Shown: positions 43,488-52,759, counted from the first letter of the stretch. The stretch is 64,000 nucleotides of DNA from an uncultured delta proteobacterium (GCA_963848135.1 CAWKCK010000005.1:1-64000); one strand, 5' to 3'. Numbers and translations are program-made. The notes: generated by a model not told the origin, from the letters alone.

Positions 43488-44508
43488 CTATTGCGCAAGA
43501 AGCTTTTCACGAAAGGGAACCTGATCTCTCATGATATAGTAGCAGATGGCGGGCCAGTTTGTTGCCCAGCGCTTTGGTTGCCAGACTTGTATTGGCCTGA
43601 GCAACCTTGCGGTTATAGTATCGTCTAAACTGTTCATTATACCGACGGCCCAATTGAGCGGCTTCAGTGAGGGCCCAGCTCAGGTAGCGATTGCCGTTTT
43701 TACGATTGCCACACCCCTTGCTTTTTCCGTCGGACAACCGCTTGGATGGCACGCACCGACAGTAGGAAGCAAAATTGCCGACCTTTGGAAAACGATTGAT
43801 GTCACCCACTTCCAGCATGATAGTCATAGCCAGAATGTTACCGATACCGGGTATTGTCAGCAATTGCCTGAACCCTTTTTTGAGTTTTACTCTTTCTATT
43901 ATTGCTTTCTCTATACTTTTGATCTTCTGCTTGAGAAAATTTATTGTATCCAAACTGGTTTGAGCAGAGAAAATCAGGTACTCTTCTTTTAGCCACCTTT
44001 CCAATGCTTCGACGTTCATCTTTCGGATGTCACTGGTGCTTATTTTTACTGCACAGCATCTTTGAATGAACGATTGCAGGCTCAAGATGTTCGCGGTCTT
44101 GTGCCGGACTAAAAACATCCGTTTGCGTGCCAGGTCCCGCACCGGGCGATGTTGCTTTGGGTAAATGTAGCCTTCGGGCAAAATACCGAGTATGAGAAGT
44201 TGGGCCAGAAAAAAGGCGTCATGCTGATCGTCACTGTACTTTAGCCCTTCGTATTGTTTGATTGCCGACGGGTTGGCCAAGTGTGCAGAGCCATATCCCG
44301 CATCCATGAGGCCATCTACGAGCCAGTACCAGTTGTAGGTGGACTCTACAACAAATCCCTTTAATCGTTTTTTGAAGGGTTCTAACGTGTGAAGAATCTG
44401 GTCAAGGTCATTGGCCAAACGCTTTTTGAAAACACGGTTCAATGCATCGTCTATGATTCCGATGTAGGTATTTCTTTAATGAAGATCCAGACCAGCGTAC
44501 AGTTCCAT
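43488..44508 (-). pseudogene. IS110-family transposase/recombinase with a premature stop and a C-terminal frameshift
   Basis: MELYAGLDLH-TAA (codon 11), VVEST, SDD.HDA, TIPGIG, SDGK; extra base near 43548 before ICYYIMRD. Confidence 0.85.
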
Positions 44509-44882
44509 AGGGCACCTCCTACGTTATAGGGTTATGGTTGGGATCAACCCTTTATAACGAATCGCTGTGTCCTTTGCGAACGGGAGGTGCCTTTTAGATG
44601 ATTATCAAGATATTATTACCAATGTGATACGCTGTGGTATTGACGTTTGAATTACTATTGGGTTATGCGCTTCTTTGGGGACATTTTAATCGATACCGTC
44701 TTAAACCATACCAAATGCCTGTTGCTCTCGTCATCGCTATTACCCAATTCTTTCGAACCCATCCATTTCTTACGGTCATTGATCGTTCCCATTTCTATCT
44801 CAATAACACCATTAAATCCTTGAATTTCGTTTTTGGCTCGTTGCTATTCACATATCTGGGCAATATCTATCAAGGGGGGAAG

Positions 44883-46679
44883 ATGAGTAAAAATTGGATG
44901 TTGATCGCAATCGTTTTCATCGTATCATTGGTGGTGTTCACAGCCCCGCTTGTAAACCACCAGGCCGCAGCCCAGGAATGGAACTGGCAGAACCCTTTGC
45001 CCCAGGGTAACCGCCTCAATGGGATTTGGGGAAGCTCGACCAGCAATGTCTTTGCCGTTGGCGAAGGTGGCACTATAATCCGTTACAACGGTACCAGTTG
45101 GGGTAGTATGACTACCACTACCACCTCAGCAGACCTCTATGGTGTTTGGGGAAGCTCGGCCAACAATATCTTTGCTGTGGGTCAAGGCGGCACCATCATC
45201 CGCTACAACGGCAACAGCTGGACTTCCATGGCCAGCGGCAGCTCACAGAACCTAACTGATATCTGGGGAAGCTCGGCCAATAATGCCATTGCTGTCGGCC
45301 TTAACGGCACCATCCTGCGCTATGACGGCAGCAGCTGGACCACCATGCCCAGCGGCATATTAGAAGATCTCAATGGTGTCTGGGGAACATCAAGCAGCGA
45401 TGTCTTTGCCGTCGGCGAAAAAGGCACCGTCATTCATTATGACGGCATTAGTTGGAACACCATGACAGCTACCGGCACCTCAGAAAACCTCTTCGGCGTT
45501 TGGGGAAGCTCGGGCAGCAATGTCTTTGTTGTCGGTGGTAACGGAGCCGTCATCCGCTATGACGGCTCCAGCTGGAGCCCCATGAGCGGTATTCCCGATT
45601 ATGTCGGTCTTTACGGGGGGATTTGGGGTAGCTCAGGGAGTGATGTTTATACTGCAGGATATTCCGGCCACATCTTCCACTACGACGGCCAGACCTGGAC
45701 CTCAGTGGGCTACCTGGGCACATCAAACTATTTCTATGGAATCTGGGGAACTTCCGCCAGTGATGTTGCTGCCGTTGGTACGGGTGGGGCTATCTACCAC
45801 TACGACGGCAGCAGCTGGAGCCCCACGAGCACTGGCGATACCCTCTATTATCTGGGAGGTGTCTGGGGAAGCTCGGATAACAACGTATTTGCCGTTGGCC
45901 GTAGCGGCACTCTCTTCCAATATGACGGCAGCAGTTGGAGCTCAACAAGGATTGTCACCAGGTATTTCGATGGCATCTGGGGAAGCTCTGCCAGCGACGT
46001 TTTTGCCGTGGGACAACTCGGCACCGTCGTGCACTACAACGGCTCCAGTTGGGAAAATATGACAGGCACCGGCACTGCAGAGTGGCTCAAGGGCATCTGG
46101 GGGAGCTCTGCCAGCGATGTCTTTGCCGTGGGACGAGGCGGCACCATTCTTCACTACGACGGCGGTAGCTGGAGCCTCATGACCAGCGGCACGTCCAATT
46201 CCCTCAACGGCATCTGGGGAAGCTCGGGCAGCAATGTCTTTGCCGTGGGCTGGAACGGTACCATTCTGCACTACGACGGCAGCAGCTGGAGCCCCATGGC
46301 CAGCGGCACGTCCGATTACCTCAGCGGCATCTGGGGGAGCTCTGCCAGCGACGTCTTTGCTGTGGGGGGAAACGGCACCGTCCTTCACTACGACGGCAGC
46401 AGCTGGAGCCCCATGACCAGCGGCACGTCCAATGCATTCAACGGCGTTTGGGGAAGCTCGGGCAGGAATGTCTTTGCTGTGGGGGTGAGCGGCGCCATCA
46501 TTCGCTACAACGGAAGCAGCTGGAGCCCCATGACCAGCGGCGCCTCCAATACGCTCCGTGGTATCTGGGGAAGCTCTGTGGGCGACGTCTTTGTTGTGGG
46601 CGACTATGGAACCATCCTTCATTTCGAGGTGCTTCCAAACCACGTTAACTGGCTGTTTTTGCTGCTCTTGTATGAGTGA
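44883..46679 (+). CDS. Secreted beta-propeller protein with ~39-aa GIWGSS.SDVFAVG..GTILHYDGSSW repeats
   Basis: GGGGGG RBS, signal peptide, about 14 tandem repeats; ends HVNWLFLLLLYE. Confidence 0.85.
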   Translation: MSKNWMLIAIVFIVSLVVFTAPLVNHQAAAQEWNWQNPLPQGNRLNGIWGSSTSNVFAVGEGGTIIRYNGTSWGSMTTTTTSADLYGVWGSSANNIFAVGQGGTIIRYNGNSWTSMASGSSQNLTDIWGSSANNAIAVGLNGTILRYDGSSWTTMPSGILEDLNGVWGTSSSDVFAVGEKGTVIHYDGISWNTMTATGTSENLFGVWGSSGSNVFVVGGNGAVIRYDGSSWSPMSGIPDYVGLYGGIWGSSGSDVYTAGYSGHIFHYDGQTWTSVGYLGTSNYFYGIWGTSASDVAAVGTGGAIYHYDGSSWSPTSTGDTLYYLGGVWGSSDNNVFAVGRSGTLFQYDGSSWSSTRIVTRYFDGIWGSSASDVFAVGQLGTVVHYNGSSWENMTGTGTAEWLKGIWGSSASDVFAVGRGGTILHYDGGSWSLMTSGTSNSLNGIWGSSGSNVFAVGWNGTILHYDGSSWSPMASGTSDYLSGIWGSSASDVFAVGGNGTVLHYDGSSWSPMTSGTSNAFNGVWGSSGRNVFAVGVSGAIIRYNGSSWSPMTSGASNTLRGIWGSSVGDVFVVGDYGTILHFEVLPNHVNWLFLLLLYE

Positions 46680-47065
46680 TGAGGAGTGTATTGCTTTGAA
46701 TAGATTCACATTTTGATCGTGAATTGCAGTAGATCGTGTTTATCTCTGAATGTTCAATTCACAAATCCGGATTGATCCCACAAATTTCCTGTGTAGTTGC
46801 CTCCGTTAACATCGGGCCGTGGGCACCTGGACTGAGCGAAGGTGGTTCGCCTATACCTATAATATCTCAGTTTTTAAACATCCAGAATAATTTATGGTAC
46901 GTTATCTGTCATAATTTGTCATCTAAAAAGTACAGATAATGTACACTCGTTAATGGGAACACTCGCGCAGTATATCAACCATACATCGTTAACGGAAGCT
47001 TGGTCTGATATATTTTGATATCTACATTTTTTCAAATGGTTAAGAAAATTTCTATGATCCCACAT

Positions 47066-47148
47066 CTATCACCCTGCGGATTTCCTGAATATATCCAGAC
47101 GGTATCGTTATAATAGACGAAAATTTAGATAGTTATGAGAATGGCAAG
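47066..47148 (+). repeat. Array site R12 (closest to R1)
   Basis: CTATC..GGATTTCC..TATAT-CCAGACG-GTATCGTTATAATA..GATAGTTATGAGAA-TGGCAAG. Confidence 0.85.
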
Positions 47149-47201
47149 CTGTACGACATAAAACCTATTATTTCTATTAATAATGGTTAGTTATAGAACA
47201 T

Positions 47202-48122
47202 TCAATGTATTGGTTTTTGCCCTTTGTCAAGAGTTTTTTCACCGTCACCGGTGTGGCGTTGAAGCACCTTGTTCATGGCGCTATAGTAATCACGTCGAAC
47301 CTTCGGGTTGGAGACCCGACAATACCGCTGCGTGGTTTTTATGCGCGTGTGGCCCAGCAGATCCTGGATGGTAACCAGGTCGGCATCGGCGTTGAGCATC
47401 TGCGTGGCCATCGTATGACGTAGTTGATGGCAACAGACTCTCAGGCCTGCTTTCTTGGCATAATACTGCATACGGTGCTGAATGCCGCGAACCTTCAGAG
47501 GTTGGCCTCTAAAACGGCCTTTTTCCACCAGGAAGAGTTTTCTTACTCTCGAATGCGGTCTGGTCTTGAGATAAGCCACAAGTGCGAGATAGGCGTCCTT
47601 GCTCAAATAGACCACACGGTCTTTTAGCCCCTTGCCCTGGTAGACAAACACTTGATACCGCGGCAGGTCCAAGGCACTCAGAGTGAGATTGGTTACCTCT
47701 TCGACCCGGAGTCCGCAGCGCAGCATCAGCTTGAAGATGGCCCGGTCTCTGGGATTGTCGATGACCGCAAAGAGCGCAGAGATCTCTTCATCCCGCAGGT
47801 AGCGCGGCAGTGGCCTGGAGAGCCTTAAGGTATACCCGCGCTTGACCGGATTGCTCATTACAACCTCCTCTTCGTTGATCAGGTAATCATAAAAGCTGCG
47901 GATGCTGTCCAGGTAGCAATTGACGGTCTTGGGTTTCAAACGCTTGCTGCGCAGATAATCGATGAAGCCCAATAGTTTCTTGTGGGTGACAGCCTCCACG
48001 TGCATATCCAGCCAGACGACAAACTGCTTCAGGGTGCTCATATAGGTTCGCAGCGTATGGGCGGAGTAATTGCGTCGCTTTAAGAACCTACGGTAGTTGA
48101 TAATCGAGTTGGTAATGTCCAT
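47202..48122 (-). CDS. Tyrosine recombinase with N-terminal SAM-like domain
   Basis: GLRVEE, GKG, HQLRH, LGH, TQRY. Confidence 0.92.
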   Translation of the reverse strand: MDITNSIINYRRFLKRRNYSAHTLRTYMSTLKQFVVWLDMHVEAVTHKKLLGFIDYLRSKRLKPKTVNCYLDSIRSFYDYLINEEEVVMSNPVKRGYTLRLSRPLPRYLRDEEISALFAVIDNPRDRAIFKLMLRCGLRVEEVTNLTLSALDLPRYQVFVYQGKGLKDRVVYLSKDAYLALVAYLKTRPHSRVRKLFLVEKGRFRGQPLKVRGIQHRMQYYAKKAGLRVCCHQLRHTMATQMLNADADLVTIQDLLGHTRIKTTQRYCRVSNPKVRRDYYSAMNKVLQRHTGDGEKTLDKGQKPIH

Positions 48123-49176
48123 GGAGTTCTCCCTTTTCGACGATGGCCATGGCTTTGTAGTATTGTTCCCGGCGCGTGTTGTCGGTCAGCCGGGCATAGC
48201 GGCGGGTCATTTCGATGCAGCTGTGCCCGAGAAGCTCCTGCAAACACTGCAGCGGCATACCGGCGTTGAGCAGCTCTGTGGCGAAGGTGTGCCGCAGGCA
48301 GTGCAGGGTATATCCCTTGTGGGCCAGTCCGGATTTTTGCAGATAGGCGTTGAAGATTAGGCGGGCAGCCGCATAACCCAGGGCTCGCCCGCAGTTGCCG
48401 TAGAAGATGAACCCGCTTTGTCTTCTCCTGGTGTTCAGCCATTTTATTAGAGCGCTTCGGGCATCATCGCTCAAATAGACAACGCGTCCGACCCGGTTCT
48501 TTTGTGCTTCTATGATTTGTATAATATTTTCCCGCAGGTTGAGATCTTCCACTTTGGTGCCGAGCAGCTCGCCGATGCGCATCCCGGTTCGCAACAATGT
48601 CAATACCAGGGCGCGATCACGCGGTTTTTTGACTACGGCCAACAGCTGCTTGATATGATCCGGATCAATGGCCCGCGGCAGGGCATCGGGAACTTTAATG
48701 CGCAGTTTGCGCTTGAGCAGATCCGGGTGAAGCACATCGCGATCGATCAAAAAGTTGATAAAGGCATACAGGCAGCGCAACTGAGTGCTGACCGTATTGG
48801 GTGAAAGCCCGCGGTCTTGCTCATGTTCAACGAATTCGGCGATGTGCTCGCGGTTGATGGCTTGCAGTTGATCGATGCCGCTGTCTTTGAGAAAACGTAA
48901 AAAACCGGTAATGTTGCCACCGTTGGATCGGATCGTGTTGTGTCGGCAATTGCGTCGATGCTGATCGCGCAAATATGCCTCGACATGCTCCGCAGCCAAG
49001 AGATCCTGCACGGTGATTTTGCGTAGGATTCGGTCAATAAGAGGATTGAAAGTGAAGGGATTTCGATCGAAATTGGAACGGATCGAGGGTGAACGCGTTG
49101 ATTGGTCCTTGCCCGTCCGATACCTTTTGCGTTGATCGGTCTGGGTTTCTGCGGAAACGTGTTCGAGGTTCATCAC
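48088..49176 (-). CDS. Tyrosine recombinase with N-terminal SAM-like domain
   Basis: GMRIGE, QKN, HCLRH, LGH, TRRY; overlaps the next gene by 35 nt. Confidence 0.92.
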   Translation of the reverse strand: MMNLEHVSAETQTDQRKRYRTGKDQSTRSPSIRSNFDRNPFTFNPLIDRILRKITVQDLLAAEHVEAYLRDQHRRNCRHNTIRSNGGNITGFLRFLKDSGIDQLQAINREHIAEFVEHEQDRGLSPNTVSTQLRCLYAFINFLIDRDVLHPDLLKRKLRIKVPDALPRAIDPDHIKQLLAVVKKPRDRALVLTLLRTGMRIGELLGTKVEDLNLRENIIQIIEAQKNRVGRVVYLSDDARSALIKWLNTRRRQSGFIFYGNCGRALGYAAARLIFNAYLQKSGLAHKGYTLHCLRHTFATELLNAGMPLQCLQELLGHSCIEMTRRYARLTDNTRREQYYKAMAIVEKGELHGHYQLDYQLP

Positions 49177-49420
49177 TGCCTCCTTTCGTTTTTTGCAGAA
49201 ATAACAGGCAGATAATGACCTCTGTAACGCTTTCAGTCAATTACCTTTTTATGTCGTACAGTGGCAAGATAACCATACCTTTCTTGTAGCCGTCCTCTAA
49301 CCCTCAAACAAACATCCTGACCTTATTAACTTAACTTTTGTAGAATTTAAACTCCATGTTAAATTAGACAGGTGATACTGATTTTGATATAGTATAATAA
49401 AAATTGAAATGCAGTTTCAA

Positions 49421-49500
49421 TCCAGAACAAAGCTAAACCTGTCGTGAGGCAGAGACAGAAAACCACGGACCTGTTAGCAGGCAGCCGGGTTACCACGGAA
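49421..49500 (+). ncRNA. c-di-GMP-I (GEMM) riboswitch
   Basis: G-CTAAA-CCTGTC-GTGA-GGCAGA-GACAGAAAACCACGGACCTG..CAGGCAGCCGGGTTACC. Confidence 0.8.
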
Positions 49501-49510
49501 TAATATTGGA

Positions 49511-49547
49511 AGCCGAGTTGCCGCATTGGTAACTCGGCTTTTATTTA
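49511..49547 (+). terminator. Riboswitch expression-platform terminator
   Basis: AAGCCGAGTTGCC-GCATT-GGTAACTCGGCTT followed by TTATTT. Confidence 0.8.
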
Positions 49548-49738
49548 ATGGCGGGAATGGTTGAAAAGAATCGAGATTGCTCAAATAGTATCTCAAAAAT
49601 TAGATGCCGGACTTTTCGATGAACAAAGCTTCAGTCGATCGTAACGGAAACCGGGATGTTGCCTATCCGAGTGATAGCGTATTTTTACTCATGGTCACCT
49701 GCATCTTCGTTAGAAGAAGAAGGTGTTAATAAAATAAA

Positions 49739-50923
49739 ATGAAAAAAAATAAAGGCAAACCACACAGCTTTAAGAAACTACGAAGGCAGGCTGAGAAACG
49801 ACTGCTTGAAAGAGATACCGATCTGTCAAATTTGACCTTAAAGGATATAAATGCGCTGATCCACGAATTGGAGGTGCATCAGATTGAATTGGAAATGCAA
49901 AACGAAGAGTTGCGACGAGCACAGATGGACCTGGAAGCAGCACGGGACAAGTATACTGATTTATATGAATTTGCGCCTGTTGGATATTTTAGCATTGATG
50001 ATAAGGGGTTGATTTTAGATGCGAACCTTAATGGTGCAACGATGCTTGGTATAGAAAGAGGAAAACTGCCAGGTCGATTCTTCACACAGTTTATTACCAG
50101 GGATGATCAGGATGTTTTTTACTTTCACAAACAAAAACTTTTTAAAACGATAACGAAACAATTCTGTGAGCTAAGAATAACGAAAAAAGACGGAACTGAA
50201 TTTTATGCTCAGGTAGAAAGCAGCCCCGTCATTGACGAGGCCGGAAATTGCAGTTCGTTACGTTTTTCACTAAGCGATATCACAGAGCGCAAGCAAGCAG
50301 AGCTGGCACTCATTGCAAGCAAATCAGAGATAGAGTCCATTGTTAAAACAGTGCCGGACATTATCTATCGATTAGACCAGCATGGCCGCCTAACTTTTGT
50401 GAGTGATTCAGTGAAACGATATGGATACCTACCAGAAGAACTTATAGGCACAAACGTCATGAAAATCGTTTATCCCGAGGACAGAACAAAGACAATTCGC
50501 AGAATCAAGGAGAGACGCACAGGAGTTAGGAGAAAAAAATCATTTGAGGCAAGACTTATAAGCAAAAATCGAACGACGGTCTCTTTTGAGGTTTTCATGA
50601 TCTCGGCAGAAGGACTGTATTCACCTGCAAAGTTTGGGTTGGGTGAATTTCTTGGAACCCAAGGCATCGCCAGGGACATAACCGCGCTTAAACAGGCTGA
50701 AGATGAACGCGAAAAGCTCATCACAAAATTACAAGAGGCTTTTGACAATATTAAAACGCTGAAGGGGCTACTGCCCATTTGTGCTAATTGTAATAAAATT
50801 CGGGATGATAAAGGGTATTGGAATCAAATCGAATCCTACATCAGGGACCACTCCGATGCAGAATTCAGTCATAGCATTTGCCCTGTCTGTGCCGAGAAAT
50901 TATATGGTTATTTGAAAGAATAG
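49739..50923 (+). CDS. Double-PAS sensor with a C-terminal Cys-rich domain and no kinase
   Basis: HELEVHQIELEMQNEEL coil, two PAS/PAC (DITERK, RDIT), LPICANC..HSICPVC tail. Confidence 0.85.
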   Translation: MKKNKGKPHSFKKLRRQAEKRLLERDTDLSNLTLKDINALIHELEVHQIELEMQNEELRRAQMDLEAARDKYTDLYEFAPVGYFSIDDKGLILDANLNGATMLGIERGKLPGRFFTQFITRDDQDVFYFHKQKLFKTITKQFCELRITKKDGTEFYAQVESSPVIDEAGNCSSLRFSLSDITERKQAELALIASKSEIESIVKTVPDIIYRLDQHGRLTFVSDSVKRYGYLPEELIGTNVMKIVYPEDRTKTIRRIKERRTGVRRKKSFEARLISKNRTTVSFEVFMISAEGLYSPAKFGLGEFLGTQGIARDITALKQAEDEREKLITKLQEAFDNIKTLKGLLPICANCNKIRDDKGYWNQIESYIRDHSDAEFSHSICPVCAEKLYGYLKE

Positions 50924-51038
50924 AATTATTAAGGGTATATATCCTGATAACGGTGTAACACGGGCGGGTAAACTTATGGCAGAGGTAAAACTTGTGGTAC
51001 CTCAAATCATATCACGTATTAGTTGAAAGTCGCGCCGG

Positions 51039-51096
51039 CTGCTATCTAAGGCAAATTTAACCACCATTGAAAAGCCACTGATAGCCAGATAATATA
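51039..51096 (+). repeat. Array site R13 (left arm and core; last site seen)
   Basis: CTGCTAT 51039; GATAG-CCAGATA with TAGCCA at +43. Confidence 0.6.
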
Positions 51097-51156
51097 TTTT
51101 AAAATTTGTTAGATTTTAATATAAGTCCTGTTTTATTACTAACCCAAGATACTTAA

Positions 51157-51366
51157 ACCTAAAGTGAGCGTTTCATATTTTAAATGGAGGGGGAACTGCT
51201 TCGTTTATAAGGAATCCTATCAAAGTTTGATTTTAAAATTTGAAACCCTTTGGGATTGCCGATCTTGCCGCATCTACGGTGTCATATGCCGTTCCGCATA
51301 GCTGACTATTGCGGAACGACACCTTCCTTGTAGCTGCGGCAACCTCGACAATCGCTCAAATTAGGT
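51157..51366 (-). mobile_element. ~210 bp MITE-like element, copy 2
   Basis: Ends ACCTAAAGTGAGCG / CGCTCAAATTAGGT; close reverse complement of 62726-62934. Confidence 0.8.
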
Positions 51367-51756
51367 GAAATTTAGTTATATCGTAATATCGTGTTGACAA
51401 TAAGATTCATTTAACATTAAAAATGTTCTCAGTTCCGCTGTGAAATCTCATCACTTATTCTGTTCGCACGCCCCTCCATCTGAGTTCAAGCTGCAGTCCG
51501 ACATTTGGATCAAAATATTCGTAAGCATTCACAGGGTACCGCATCTGCTTTGTTGTCGGGCACTTGAAGTACAACAGTACGTCTGCGCGCCTGACGCCTT
51601 GCGTCCGCGGCACCCTGTAAACGCTTACAATTCTGTGGTCTGAAGTCCATTGGCCGTTAGCAACCCTGTGAACCGATACCAATATTCCAAAAACTTCTTA
51701 TAGCTGCGGTATGAGCAAAAGGTAACTATTGCCATTAAGTCAAAAAAGGAGGCGAC

Positions 51757-52452
51757 ATGAGTGAACCCATTCAATTAGACAAAGTTTTTCAAATTATCAT
51801 GAAACGCATGATGGAAACCGGTCAGGCACCCCATTACACAGAAATTGCAGCCAAATTGGCGGTGCCGGTAGAGGAGGGACGTAAAGTATTGCATGAGCTG
51901 TATTCACCTGGATTTCCAGGCTGGTTGTTTCCCAATACCGACGACATTGTTTCATTCCCGCCGTTCAGCAACCTTCCGACTCAATACCGGATCACTATCG
52001 ACGGCCAACAAAAATGGTTCGGTCAGTGAGGATTCGAATCGCTGGCGGTCAGCTGGCTTTTTCCAGGTAAGACAGTCAAGATTGAAGCTCCCTGCCTGGA
52101 TTGCGGCTCTAAGATCAAAGTTGAAATTAAAGATGGATCGATTCAGAACGCTGAACCGGAGAAATTAATCGGATATACTTCCGTTCCTTTTCGGGATTGG
52201 TTCAATAACCTGCCTTATGCCTGAAGTACCATGAATCTCTTCCGGTCGGAAGAGCATGCAAGAAATTGGAATGGTTTTAAGGCAGGTACAGAAGACGGAA
52301 TGAATAAGGTTTCTGATATCGCTGGACTATTTTCAGGTAATCTTTTTGCAAGACGATTAGACGCAGACTACGTCTCACATATGCAGGAGTATATGATGGA
52401 GTTATTTGGGGAAGTGAAAAAGATGGGTTCTTTTTGGCATCCACCTGAGTAG
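51757..52452 (+). CDS. MerB-like organometallic lyase family protein with two selenocysteines (231 aa)
   Basis: AGGAGG RBS; one frame broken only by TGA 52027-29 (KWFGQ-U-GFE) and TGA 52222-24 (LPYA-U-STMNLF); PPFSNLPT.Y, CLDCG, F.SEE motifs; a hairpin follows each TGA. Confidence 0.82.
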
Positions 52453-52485
52453 TATACAATTGGCATTACCCAATTTAGTGGACAA

Positions 52486-52532
52486 ATACAAAAAGGGCAT
52501 AGAGGAATAACTCTCTAAGCCCTTTTATGTAT
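52486..52532. terminator. Bidirectional terminator-like hairpin
   Basis: ATACAAAAAGGGC.TAGAG..CTCTA.GCCCTTTT.TGTAT between convergent genes. Confidence 0.6.
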
Positions 52533-52759
52533 CCAACCCTGATTCAAATCTTCATCGCGAAAAGCGTCCGTTGCCAAGCGAAGATTCAATGACCACCGGC
52601 ACAGCCGGAGGAATGACCTGATGACTGCTCAAGGTGGTCTTTTAAATACTTTAGCTCGGGCAACCAGCCAGCCATTGAATTATAATATTCATCGTCTCTG
52701 GTAGTCGTTAATTCCTGAAGCCGTCAACATTGCCGGTCTCCCCAGAATACCTGCGGTAT

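Larger units (their letters stand above)
43058..44607 (-). mobile_element. IS110/IS1111-family insertion sequence (1550 bp)
   Basis: CA core at both junctions (43056-57, 44606-07); subterminal inverted TAAAAGGC; long non-coding region 3' of the transposase. Confidence 0.85.
47149..49261 (-). mobile_element. Two-tyrosine-recombinase element (2113 bp)
   Basis: 15-bp terminal IR CTGTACGACATAAAA (47149-63) / TTTTATGTCGTACAG (49247-61); flanked by direct TGGCAAG (47142-48, 49262-68). Confidence 0.85.

Noticed and set aside
44476..44478. In-frame stop in the IS110 gene as recoding
   Set aside because: It is TAA, not TGA, at a position where I would expect Ser (DLHS), and the gene has a second lesion; inactivation or sequence error is likelier.
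44634..44882. N-terminal 83-aa extension of the beta-propeller ORF
   Set aside because: It overlaps the non-coding leader shared with 27881-28065; the RBS and signal peptide point to ATG 44883.
44990..46620. Nucleotide tandem repeats as a DGR or other repeat array
   Set aside because: They are in-frame protein repeats; no reverse transcriptase and no adenine-specific TR/VR pair.
47149..49261. Canonical RIT element
   Set aside because: Only two recombinase genes lie between intact IRs; RIT elements have three.
27799..51096. CRISPR array or classical integron
   Set aside because: Repeats are degenerate and usually kilobases apart with genes between them, and no cas genes are present. No RYYYAAC/GTTRRRY attC boxes were seen, and the integrase appears to lack the IntI-specific insertion before HxLR.
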